Assembly: GCA_028534125.1 (NCBI GenBank)
Contig: CM052816.1
Span: forward strand, 66,280,001-66,344,000
From: Lama glama
Taxonomy: Eukaryota
Direction: 5' to 3'
Length of the DNA: 64,000 nt
Shown here one piece after another: positions 13,048-24,870 of this stretch. Below the pieces are notes generated by a model that made no database searches, was not told the DNA's origin, and saw only the letters and a program-made list of their open reading frames with translations. Position numbers and translations under genes: made by a program. Within the stretch, counting starts at the first letter, position 1; each line of letters opens with the position of its first letter.

Positions 13048-13689
13048 CATCTTATGCCCACATTTCTATCCTTACCTTCTTTCTTTCCACCACTGCTATG
13101 GAGTTTTCTTTTGGTCCCTAGGCCGCCTCAGCTCCTGGTCAGTGTGCATTTCTGTCCTGACAACCCTCGTCAGCAGGGAATGGAGGCCTGCAGGTTGGGA
13201 GGCCCAAAATGCTAGAAAGGGCTGCCCCCATGTCCTCTCCTGACTCTTTTCCCTTAACCCTCACTTTCTCAATCATTTTTGTAAGGATCTTTTGGTTTTT
13301 TACCTTCAATCATGTTTAACATACATTTTCAGTATTCCCTTTCTAAGATAAAATAGTTACAAAATTTTCTGGTTGAAAAATATCCAGCAGACCAAGGTGG
13401 GGAGACTGAGGTGTGGCTTCCTGGGGCCTGAGCTTTGAAGGGACAAAACCTAGGTGATGTAAAGAGCACAGGGCTGGGGGTTCCTTCATCTCCCTAATTC
13501 CGAGATGTCTTCCAGAGCAGGGCAGCCATAGGGCATGCCTTTCCTGAGCGTGGTCAGGACCACCTGATTGCTTGTTTAAATCCAGACTTCTGGACTCAAG
13601 CCTTCTGAAGGGGACTCTCTGGGGAGAAATCAGCATTTCAAACAAGTTCACAGGAGATTATTACTATGTCCACCCAGGTACAAGAACCA

Positions 13690-13905
13690 TCAGCATTACG
13701 GCTACAAATCTAGACTTCAGAGCGTATACATCTGGGTTTTAATTTCAGCTCTGTAACTTCCTAGCTGAATCACTTGAGAAAATTACTGAACTTCTCTGAA
13801 CCTCACTTTCCTCATCTAAGGATTCACCTCTTTCACAGGGACACTATAAAAATTAAAGCATTATTTAGTTCTGTATGGAATATATCAACACTTAATAAAT
13901 GGTTG
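13690..13905 (+). mobile_element. MIR SINE
   Basis: 'ctgggttttaatttcagctctgtaacttcctagctg...ttactgaacttctctgaacctcactttcctcatct'. Confidence 0.75.
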
Positions 13906-14769
13906 ATTTTTATTAACCATTAGTTGATTAATTTTTTTATTAACACTGATGACTTATTAAAACTGATGATTTATCTATGAAAGAACTGAATGGATCAGTT
14001 AGTATTCACATTGACTGGCATTCAACTTTTAGTAGACACCAACACAAAAGAATAATTTAAAAGCATAACCAGTGAAACCACCTGGACTACAAGCTGGCTC
14101 ACACTTATCAGCTGAGAAAGCATTAGAAGTTACTGCTTCTAACATTGCTTTTTTCTGTTTCATACAATCTTACAGGTAGAAAAACCAAGTAATGAGTGAC
14201 CGTGCTTCCCAAAAGCTTCTGTGCTTTGTTGTATTTTGCCTGGTTTTTTTCATCTTTCTTTTGCAATTGTGAATTTTGTCTGAAGGACCAAATAAAGGTA
14301 TTAAGTAGAGGAAACAGTTTTATACGTTTCTAAGGGAGACTCGAGTAATGTATCACATATGGGGATCCGAAAAGCACTGTGCTTTTCACCGCATTTGATG
14401 GTATGGAGAGCTCTTCAGTGATCTGCTCTAACAACAGAAGGTCATACATTTTAATATATATCCTGCTGAGAAACTGGCAGCTGATTTATGACCCTTCAGA
14501 CATGCAGCTCTGCATTCTACACCACAATTGTAAGACTTCATGGTTTCAGGAAAGGGGAAAAAGCGAAGATTTCTTTCACTTTTAACAATTAAATTCCAGC
14601 TCTATAATGAGGTGATCTCCAAGATGAAATAAGGACAGACAGTAAAATGACAAAAAGAAGTGTAAACTTAGGACCACAGTGAACTGTAGACTATTGTGAG
14701 CACAGAATTAGAAAAAGACAAGTCCAGTCACCAGTGAGTGATTCCCTCACTTGAGTGACCACAGAAGAC

Positions 14770-14895
14770 ACACAGGATGCTTTTAAAATCTAAAGAATCT
14801 GGGGGTTCATCCCAGACATACTGACTGATTCAGCCTCTCCAGGGATGAGGCCCAGAAATTGGATTTTAACAGCTCCTCTCACATTTGAGAATAAC
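14770..14895. mobile_element. MER5-like hAT-Charlie fragment
   Basis: 'cccagacatactgactgattcagcctctccagggatgaggcccagaaattggattttaacagctcc'. Confidence 0.55.
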
Positions 14896-16799
14896 GAATG
14901 TACACTATAGTGTTATAGATGTGTGTATTTGCGAGAAAAAAGGGAAGCGGGGAGAGAGTGTTAGGGCAAAGGAGAGAGGCCAGGGGCAGGGGGTGCACAG
15001 AGGCCAGAGGTGGCTGGGGTGTGGGGGCACGTGGGTATAGATATTTATTCTGAATTCTGTCTGCCCAAGCAAAACATGACAAAGATGAAGTCTGTAATTC
15101 TCCTAATAGAACATTTATAGTGGAAACACAAGAGAAAACTTTCCTATAATTGAGTTCTGGGAGAAATCTCTTTTGGTGTCATACCAGTAGGGTTCTGAGG
15201 GCTCAGGTAATGGACTGACTGCGGGTCTGACAATGGGAAATGGGTCTGCTCTGGTGTCAGATATACCAGGTATGTTGCCGCTTCCCTCCAGTCTCCGTCT
15301 CCCCAAAACCAAAGATGCACAGCACCACCATCTCTCATTTGCATAGTGCTTGCTATTTACAAAGCTATTTCATTTACGTTCTTCCATCTGATATTTAAAA
15401 GTCTTATAATCAGTCAGTGTTATTATCAGCCAATATCATCTACATTTTATAAATAAGTCGCTGCAACGGCTTGCCTAAAGTTACGCGGGAGGCCAGAGGC
15501 AAAAAGAAAAAATTTCCCCTGACACCCTACTGCTTCTAGGTATCACTACCACCTTTTCATTACATTATAGCAAGATAGGTCTAGCTCTCTGGTAAGCAGA
15601 ATGAAGTGGATATTCATTTTCATTCCGATTTTGTAGTTGGAGACAGATACAAAGGAATTCACAGGGCAGGGATGGTCTGTGCACTGGGGAAGTTCACCAT
15701 CTAGTAGGAGTAGCTCACGTACTTTATACGAAATGAAGAGTTTAAGCCTCATTAGTTCTCACTTTTTACAGTTTCATGAAAATATTTGTCTTATAAAGAA
15801 AAAATAACTCAAATTTAGAAGGCTCTCACTTTAAAAGACTTCATAATATATGACAGCATAGACCTACTTCTAGTACCTAAATGATACAGTCTCTTTCCTT
15901 ATAAATAGACTCTTTATTTAAGGAACCTAAACATTTGATTTAAGCAGACAGATTATGTGGAAGGGGATACTGGGGAATGTGAACTGTTTTAACAAAAGTA
16001 TAATCAAATTTCTTTTATATCTCCTCCTACTCTGCCCATCTTCCCAGACTTATCCCGAATTGTACCTTCTCTTTCAACTTCCTCCTATCTCCCCAGATGG
16101 AGGAGATGTCTTTCTCTTTACCCCTGCAGAGATTGCACTGGGGATTTCTTTGTCCCAGCCCAATGTCTGACTCCTCTTCTTGTAACGGGACCCACTTTTC
16201 CCCTGTGGATTCACCAGTCTTCCACTGTGAATCCCATGTGGTTTGAGTGGACTAAGTCTCCCTTGATTCCAGGGGGAGCCCATGGTAATGTAATAGCCTA
16301 GCCAACCAAATCCCCTTAGCCACTTGAAATTTGACAGGTGACTTTCTTATGGACAGTAAGACCCACATGCTCGTTTCAATTAACTTTCTGGTAGAAGACA
16401 TTTGAGCATTATTCTTCTTTGGCATTCAGGAGGGAACTATCAGAGCATGTCCAACAGTAGTCAGTGCTTGAATTTGCTAGAACTTTGCTAAATTCCATGG
16501 AAGCACTATGAACGTATACAGCAGCCACCCTGTGGTCTGGCATGCCTATTTTAATCTCAAGATTGTCTTTACCGAAAGATATGAGTCGCTTAGAATAAGA
16601 AATCTGTTCTACTCACTACTGTAAAAAGTGTTTTAAAAAACGATGTAGGAAGAGGTTGGTCAGGACTAAGTGAAAAGACAGAAAGTTGTTTTGGACATGG
16701 TGAGTTTGAGATGCCTGTGGGATACCAAAGCAAAAATAGCTAAGAGTCAGTTGCATTAATGAGTCTAGACTTCAGGAGAAGTCCAAGGGGGGAATACCT

Positions 16800-16950
16800 A
16801 CTTGGCCTCACAACAGAAACATCAGAGAGCTTTTAAAACCCAGGTTGTCCACGCTGCATCTCAGACCAATTAAATCAGAATCTCTAGGAGTGTAAACCAG
16901 ACATTAAAATTTGTAAAGCTGTCCAGGTGATTACAATGTATAACCAACTG
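16800..16950. mobile_element. MER5-like hAT-Charlie fragment
   Basis: 'cagaccaattaaatcagaatctctaggag...ccaggtgattacaatgta'. Confidence 0.65.
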
Positions 16951-16988
16951 TAGAAAACAATGTCCCACTGTGTCTGGCAATATATTTG

Positions 16989-17558
16989 TGCGACAGGAGG
17001 GAAGGGGACAGGGCACAACCATTAAAAGAATGACACAGCAATTGAGGATATGACATAAACTGGTTAGAACCAACTAAGCCCACAATGGCACAAGATTCAA
17101 CTTCCAATAGACCTTGAACCTTACAATTACGCTCATTGTAATACATTAGCATGGTAAATGACACACACTGGCGCCATGACAGTTTCTAGGCAGACTATAA
17201 AAGGCCAAAATGTGGGCAAGGCCCAATTCCTGGAAATTCCCAGTCCTTCCCCAAAATAGTTAGACTAATCCTCCCACTCCTTAACATATGAAACTACCCA
17301 GCCCCTAAAGACAAACACCCCAACCTGGGGCTGCCTCTCTTGACTTCCGAGATGATCTGCACTCTATGGAGTGTCTATCTCCTAGGGCCGCTCTGGCTTT
17401 CCAAGATGACCCCATGTTCTGGGGCTGCTCTCCCTTCTGAGATGGTTTGCATTCTGTCTAAGGACTATGTCTCTCTCTAAATAAACTTGCTTTCACTTTA
17501 CTATGGCTTGCCCTTGAATTCTTCCCTGTGAGAGACAAGAACCTAATCTCCAGCAACA
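16989..17558 (+). mobile_element. MER41-like ERV1 solo LTR with 4-bp TSD
   Basis: TG...CA termini flanked by TTTG (16985-16988 and 17559-17562); core 'aactggttagaaccaacta...gaccttgaacc...gctcattgtaatacattagcatggtaaatgacacac'; AATAAA near 17480. Confidence 0.85.
17227..17241. promoter_or_regulatory. Overlapping GAS (TTCCTGGAA) and NF-kB (GGAAATTCCC) motifs inside the LTR
   Basis: Exact consensus matches in the sequence; function not shown. Confidence 0.55.
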
Positions 17559-19459
17559 TTTGAATTACTGGAAAATTCAGGCAACAAATAAAAACACTTG
17601 TAGATTTAATTATTGATTTAGGCCATAGTTCCAATTTTCTCAAGAGAATAATTTTATTTGTATGCCCCTTTACCCACTTACTCCTATTTTTCTATAACAA
17701 CTGGAAATTAAATTGAGTGGCTGCACAAAAGAGGAAACAACACGAACTTCCCCATGTTGGCAGATCTAGGTCCAAATTTGATCTCCTGTACTTATTAGCC
17801 TGGTGTGAACTTGACTGAGACATGTGACTTCCCTGAGCCTTAATTTTTCTCACTTGTAAAAATGGGCATAGTACTGACTTCCAGAATAGTATTGGTAATA
17901 AACAAGAGAATTCAAAAATGACACCCAAGGGCCAGCTACTTTGCAGCTGTTGGAAATACTGACGACAATAGCTGAAATAAGGCACACAGCTCCCTTGCAG
18001 AATGGCAGAAGCAAATTTCTGTTATCCTGCAGGTAACAGATTTAAGAGCAGCCATCCTTTAGATCCACATGCTATATCTCAACCTCCTGTCATTCACTGC
18101 TAGGGTTTTGTAATAGGTTCACCTTGGTTAATGTCGTGGGGAGAACGGATCCTAAATGAGGCAGCTGGTGCTCAGAGCAGAGCCGTGATGACAGAGCTGA
18201 CCAAGTAAGGCAGTGGTCCCTTGTTTTTCTCCCACCCACCAAGGTCTGGCTTATCATCTCAATTTCATTTTCCCTCCATTCCAGTCTCATAATTATAACG
18301 CATTTTTTCTCTCATGCCTTTTCCTTACTATTTGTGTTTCCCAGCCATCCTCTTCCATACCCCACCCCTCTGTGCCTGCACCCCTGTTCCTAAAGCTCCC
18401 CTCTATTTTCTCATCTCCTAACTATTCCCTCGCACACTGGTGGCATCATCTGGTTTTGCAGATACTTCACAAATGTGACAGTCATTAAACCACGGAAACC
18501 ACTTAGGGAAATGAGAATAGGACACATTTACATGCCATTACCCCAAATGGGAGATTTCTATAGCAAATATTGCTTATTTGGGATAATACCGAAATGCAAC
18601 CATCTAGTTAATCTCTTAACACATTTCAATACAACTCTAATTATACACATTTTTTCATAGTATTCAGAAGAGAACATTAGAGGAGAAAAAGTCCCTCCTT
18701 TGCCTACCACAGACTATTCATCCCTAGGAACCTCATTCCTGCATTGGCAATGCACATTTCACTGAACGTCTGTTTGAAGCTTTTATCAAACCTGTCTTAA
18801 GACACTAAAGCAGAGGCCAGCAACATTTTCACCAACAGGAAATTATATACACATGCATGCATTTGTCCCTGATATAATCTGATTGACAAGCAAAATTAAA
18901 ACCGATTTTATTTCCACTCATTCACCTCAAAAAGACCCACACACTGGAATTCAGCATGTTCTCGTTTGAAGGGGAAACAGAAGTGGACCACACAGCGCTT
19001 ACCTGGCAGGCAAGGTGGTGGCAGTGCCCAAGGTTTTCGGCCTACAGCCCATGCAGCAAACACAAAGCCATCTTTGGCTGTTTTTCAAGACAGAGGCAGG
19101 GGTGCTGCAGAAAGCTACTGTGAACGCCTTATATGGAAAGGAGCCAGCCTGGAGCAGCACACAGAGCAGCTGAATTAAATGTGCAGATTAAATGAACAGC
19201 TTGCTTTATGTACATCAGTTAAATTCAAAGCTTTCTGGCCGACTGCTAATAGCAGTCTTGGGGAAGAAATAAACAGTGACCTGGGTGGCCTGGGTTCCTG
19301 GCAGAAGGCAGGCAAGAGTGGCCTCGCCCTCTGGTTCTCTCCTCCCCCACCTTCATTTCTCTTGCCTTTTTATCTTTATGTGCAGATTTATCTCCAGTAC
19401 CTATTCTTGTGTGGGAAAGAAAAGGCTTGATCTCTATTTGGCCAGGAGTCCCTGACTGA

Positions 19460-19475
19460 CCACAGCAGAGGGCGT
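19460..19475 (+). promoter_or_regulatory. CTCF-like motif
   Basis: ccacagcagagggcgt resembles the CCAGCAGAGGGCGC core and retains its CpG. Confidence 0.4.
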
Positions 19476-22166
19476 GTTCAGCACCCTGGCAAAGGGGTCT
19501 AAACAGGGAGGACTCTCCAGCACTGGCTGTGACTGTCCTCATCATCTGAAGAACACGGAGCAGTCCCTGCCTGCCCAGCCACAGGACTCTTGACAATCGT
19601 TAAATGCAAGTGTGGCCATGCACGTCGACTGTCCGGCATCATTAGACTTACTACCATTGTGATGATTGTTCACAATGTCTGAGGGCGAGTCTTGTCCCAG
19701 TGAGGTTGGCAGATGTCCCCTTGGAGTTCTATATTCAGGTAACAGTCTTTCCCCAGTTGTGGTGTGCAATTCACCACACTTCTTCTCTCTTGCCCTGAGG
19801 ATTCAAGATTCACTGAAAGGTGCTGGCTCATTCAGGGTCACTGCAGGGGCAGGTCTCACCCAACCCAGCCCAGGTCACACCTGTCCTTGTGACACAGGTT
19901 TTATTCACACCTTTGTAAAGGGCCAGGCAGCAAAGCCGGGAGCTGCCTCTTGGGAGGGAGGTGGCTGGCCGGGAAGATGCAGCAGCCGTGGATGCAGCAG
20001 GGCCTGAGGTTAAGACTATGGCTGCGGGGGAAAGGCCCCTCAAACAACCTCTCTAGGCTTCTTACCACCCCTCCACCCCATCACAGTCCTTTCCCGAGTG
20101 CGGTCACCCACAAGGCCCCTTCTCTGCCCAGCATCCTTCTCCTCACTCCACAGGGGGCTGTGGGAAGCAGGGGGAGGAGCTCGAGGCAGGAGCAGCATGC
20201 CCATTCCTGCCCACGTGCATCGGCTGTGAACTGTGCTTCCCCACCATGGGGGTCCCCCCACCACAGCCTCCTCTCCCAAGGGCCTCCACTCTCCAGAGCC
20301 ACCCCACCCCTACCCTAACCTTGTCCTTGCTTAGTCAACTCAAATCCCAAGCTCAAATGAAGAGGGGGCTCCCCCTTTTTTTGGCCCCCATTTGGTACAA
20401 AGCGACATGTATCAAATTGATCAACACACATTTGACTTTGCCTTCAGGTCTCTGTTTGCTATTTCTATCAACTGGACGCTGGTGGCTCCTAGACAGAGGC
20501 AAGCCCAAGGTCAGGCCATGACAGAGGGTCTGAAGACACTACTGACTGGTTCTGTAGGACGTTCACCAGCAGAGGGATGCAACGGGGCCAGAGCCCTTTA
20601 AGCTGTAGCGCTGCAGCTCTCAGTGCCACACCTCCCAGCACAGCCACCCTGGCCCTGCGGCTGCAGGACTGAGCAGGTAAGCCTGGGTAGCTCACCATGA
20701 GAGCCTCTGCCTGTTTCTACACATCGTTCCTTGGCCAGCCCTGGAGTTTGAGAAGCACCGTGGAGAGTTCAATTTTTTTTTTTAAGAAATCAAAAAGCTT
20801 ATTTTAAAAGTTATGCAAACAAAACATTCTTCTAGAACATACAGAAAAACATAGAAGAAAAAACAAATTACTGTCTACCATACTCCCAAATCTGTCACCA
20901 TTACCATTTTTCTGTTTATCCTGTTCGAGGGACTTTTTAGGCAGTCCCCAAGTCTCAGCCTCCTTCTGATGAAACTGGAATTTATTATCATCTACTATTT
21001 ATTATCATCTACTAGTTGTCACCTACAGAGGCATGGTGATAACTGAAGTCTGTATGGAAAATGCTGACGATTTACACAGAGGCTATTGCTTTGCTGTGGA
21101 AATGGTAAATAACTCAAGTTGTAAGTTTCAAAAAGACAAAAAAAAAAAAAAAAGACGCCGACACCAGCCTGGCTGCAATGCAAGGAGGAAAAGTTTTGAA
21201 CTCTGAGCTCCCAGGCTTTCCCCTGGGGCAGGTGTGGGGCACCCACGGCCCTGCAGAGCTCAGGTCCACTAAGGGATATGAGCTGGGGTGAGGGGCTGGC
21301 AGCAGTGGCCACTCACGTCACCCTCCGTCACCTCAGAAGCAGTCTAGTTTCCGGAACTTCAGATCTTGCAAGGATGCAGTGAACTTCCTGGTGCTGGCCG
21401 CTTTATCTCTAAAGCCGACCTCTCACCCTTCCTTTCAGCTCACCTCTAACATCCTCAAAAAGCCAACTAACCTTTCCACCTCTGTAAATGCCACGCAGAT
21501 GTGGCACATCTACAGCAGCGAGGATCTTTCCTATTTGTTGGGGAACCATAAAATCACCCTCATGGTGCTTTCTTCTAACACACAAGTAGAAGGTTAATAT
21601 TTTGACAAATGGACTCGTGTCCTTTTCTCCCCAGATGTGCTCTGTTCCCTTTACGCTCCCCTTGCCCCGCCCCCTGTGCTGTGGAGCCAGCTGGGCTCAG
21701 AGCCTTAGGGGAGCCATGTGGTTGGGAGGAAAATAAAAATAACCTGCTCGGGGTTTTTTTGTTTGTTTTTTGTTTTTTCCTGAACTCTGTTTTCCAAAGC
21801 CCAGACCTCTGGGAGAATGTAGGGACTTCACAGAGATATATACAGGGCAGCCTGAAGAAGAGTGGAGAGGGAAGAGCTGAGATGTTCCTGGGCTGGCGGG
21901 GAGGGATGGAGAGAACGGGGTGCACCCCTCTCCTCAGCACGGCTGGGAGATACCAGGACCCGCCCAGGTGGGCCCACCGAGGGCAGTCCTGCGAAGACTC
22001 TACCTACCAACGGGGGGAACGTATGACCAGCCAGCCTGCTCCTCCCAACACAGCTCTAAACTCTGGACTCCAGACTTCTGCCCAAGGAGGGGGGCGGGTT
22101 GGAGGGGTGCTCGAAACCCCAGAGGGCTGAGGTTCAGGTCTGGGACAAGGGGACTCAGACTTAATG

Positions 22167-22178
22167 GGAAGTGAAACT
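22167..22178 (+). promoter_or_regulatory. ETS-IRF composite element (EICE, PU.1:IRF8 type)
   Basis: GGAAGTGAAACT is an exact match to the composite consensus. Confidence 0.4.
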
Positions 22179-22216
22179 GTTTATTACCCACTCAAGTTGT
22201 TAATTAATACCATACT

Positions 22217-22700
22217 TGTCTTACTTTTTGTTTGCTGCCACAGCAAATCACAACAAAGACTTAAAAGAACACAAGCTCATATCTTACATTTCTGAAGGTC
22301 AGAAGTCAGCGGCAAGTCTCCCTAGGCTAAAATCAACGTGACACCCACAGGGGTCAGTTCTCCTCTGGAATCTCTCTCGGATAGTCTGTTTCTCTGCCCT
22401 TTCTCCAGCATCCAGAAGACGGCTGCATTCCCTGACTCACGGCCCCCTTCCAGCTTCAGTGCCAGGAGCAGCCAGTACAGCCCTCCTCACAGCACCCTGA
22501 CACCGACTCCTTCCGCTGCCGTCTCCCTCTTTTGAGGACTGCTGTGATGGTATTAGGTCCACCTGGTAACCGCCCTAACTTGAAGTCAGCCGATTAGCAA
22601 TCTTAATTCCATCTGAACCTTTGCGTGTAAAGTAACATACTCACAGGTTCCAGGGATTAGGATGCGGACATCTTGGAGGTGGGGCACCATGCCTAGCACG
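22217..22700 (-). mobile_element. MLT1 (MLT1C/D-like) MaLR LTR
   Basis: 'tcttacatttctgaaggtcagaagtc', 'ggctgcattccctgactcacggcccc', 'gtaacatactcacaggttccagggattaggatgcggacatctt'. Confidence 0.85.
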
Positions 22701-22860
22701 TACCCAAATGTTTATGCCTGAGTTTCTGCCCACTGTAGTCACCTTTTCCATATGCCCCTTCCTGTTTCCCTTAATAACAAACGCCTTGATGACTTGCACT
22801 GATCTTCAAAGGAAAGAAAATTATTTTGACTAATTCTTCTCACACTTTGATGCCGTATAT

Positions 22861-23003
22861 GTTGCTACTTAAAGTATGGTCCGTGAATCAACAGCATTGG
22901 TATCACCTGGGAGCTTGTGAGAAATGCAAACTCTTTAGCCTCTTGCCAGACCTACTGAATCAGAATCTGCACTTTATCAAGATCCCCAGGTGATTCCTAT
23001 GCA
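22861..23003. mobile_element. MER5A hAT-Charlie fragment
   Basis: 'cagcattggtatcacctgggagcttgtgagaaatgcaaa...ccagacctactgaatcagaatctgca...aagatccccaggtgatt'. Confidence 0.85.
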
Positions 23004-23164
23004 CTGGGTCAGAACATTCCAAATTGTGGAAGCTTGAGCCTTACTGTAAAGGTAAGAATACAAAAAAAAAAAAAAAAAAAAAACAAAGGCACGGCAAGTT
23101 TTCTACCAAAAGAAAAACTCAAGCTCAAGAGAGGTTAAATAACTTGGCAAAATCATTTCCTGCA

Positions 23165-23335
23165 GGAATTTCCAAACTGTCCCAATGCATTAGCATCACC
23201 TGAGCTTTAGAAGATCCCAAGGTCAGGCTGCATCCCAGACCAAAGAAATCAGATTCTCTAGAGGGCAGGACACCAACATCAGTGGCTTTTAAAACTCCTG
23301 GGATATTTCCAGTGTGCAGCTTTGAACGCCTGCAA
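23165..23335. mobile_element. MER5-like fragment
   Basis: 'tgcattagcatcacctgag...cccagaccaaagaaatcagattctct...tttaaaactcctggg'. Confidence 0.6.
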
Positions 23336-24268
23336 TTTAGAAGACTTTCAATGGCAAAGAGAGTCTAAACCCAGGACTATTTTGTTTTTAAAACTGAAAG
23401 TCTCATGTCCCACGAATTCCCCTCAGTCCTGGGCAAACTGAGACAGTAGTTATCTTTGTTTATAGATACAAAATCCAGACCACCTCAAGCTGCTGCAGAA
23501 AAAAAGCTGGGTCTAGTTTTTCACCCTTACACATTCCCCTGGTTCCCTGTGGGATGACACAGCGGGCACGGATTAGCCATTAGGAGGCACTCTTAGAAGG
23601 TGTGGGTGAGGCAGATAACACTGCTCTCCTTTAGAACTGAGACACATTCTTAAATATGTTCATCTGCCTCTCACACAGCCTATGAAAGCTTGCTAATGGT
23701 CCTTAAAGGCTCACTCACCCTTTTCAAGCACTGTAATGAGGTAATGGGGATGAAGGGCAAAGGTAGACATCTCTTCTCTACACACACCCTTTTTAGTCTT
23801 TTTGACTCCCTCCTTTCCAGCACTCTCTACTTAAGGAACATATTCAGAATAGCTGGTAAAAAGAATAAGGCCTTTTATTTTAGTTGGCTTGTAATACAGG
23901 TGTTTTTTTTTCCTTTAATGAAATGCAGCCATACATGTAAACCCAGTCTCTCTGAAGTGAAAATATGAACATTATACAGCATATTCTTCATATTTGAATT
24001 GGAAGAGGCAGGTGTTCTCACCCACTAATTTTTAAGACAGTTTTTCAAACAAGGGAGGGAAAGGCAGACCTTTGCCCAGTTAAGGATGGCTGGACACAGG
24101 CCTGCTTGGCACTCTGGACCCTGCACATCTCTCATCTTGAGATGAGAACCAGGCACCTCCAAAGGATGCCTCCTCACATGTTCCCCCACAGACTCCTCAC
24201 TCACAACAGAATCTAGTTCCTATTTCTAGTCTTCGAAGTGACGCAAAGTGCTCTGTTTACTATGAAAG

Positions 24269-24870
24269 TGCTGCCAGAGCTGCTGCCCCAGAATCATACC
24301 CCTGCCCCTCCCTCAAATAGAAACAAACTACTCTTATCTAAGTTTCAGGAGGAAGCCGCAAAGACTGAAAAAAAAAGAACTGGTTAGAACCAACTAGACC
24401 CAAGACGGCAGAGGATTTGACTTCCAGGTGACCTTGAGCCTCATTATAAGCTCACGGTAACTTAGTGGCATGCTAAATGACACACCCACCCACCTGCACC
24501 ATGACAGCTGACTGTCATAACCACCACCAAAAAAGCCCATACAAGATTAGAAAGGAGTTGTATCAGTTACGATTGTAAACCACACCCCTGTTCTCGGATA
24601 ACTCATGAATGATCCTCCCACTCTTTCCAATTCCCTCCCTTTACCTTGACCCTCCTATATATTTGGTGTCTCCACTCAAATTGTGTTGAGAAGTTGATTT
24701 GCAAACTAGGTTTCTGCTTTCTCCACTCTTTGGCCACTGAATAAAACCAGTGCTGTTCCAGTCTAAGCATCACGTTTGTTACTGGTTGTACAAATTCCAT
24801 CAGAGAAAGAAGCTCCCTGGCCAGGACAGGGGGTCTTGGCCTGTCCTAGGACCTGACCAATTCAGTGACA
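24269..24870 (+). mobile_element. Second MER41-related ERV1 solo LTR
   Basis: Shares core 'aactggttagaaccaactag...gacttcca..gaccttgagcctcattata...gcatgctaaatgacacaccc' with the 17 kb LTR; AATAAA near 24740; ends ...GTGACA; flanks GAAAG/GAAGG. Confidence 0.75.

Noticed and set aside
19542..19769. Possible processed pseudogene fragment on the minus strand
   Set aside because: No recognisable parent protein, poly(A) tail or TSD
21482..21514. Imperfect hairpin as a pre-miRNA
   Set aside because: Stem too short and bulged, and no known mature miRNA sequence recognised
21609..22130. Longest ORF (173 aa)
   Set aside because: Runs through a T-rich low-complexity tract in GC-rich, stop-poor DNA, with no domain-like features
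16989..24870. The two MER41-like LTRs as the ends of one provirus
   Set aside because: They differ outside a central module, the first has its own TSD, and there is no gag/pol/env or primer-binding site between them
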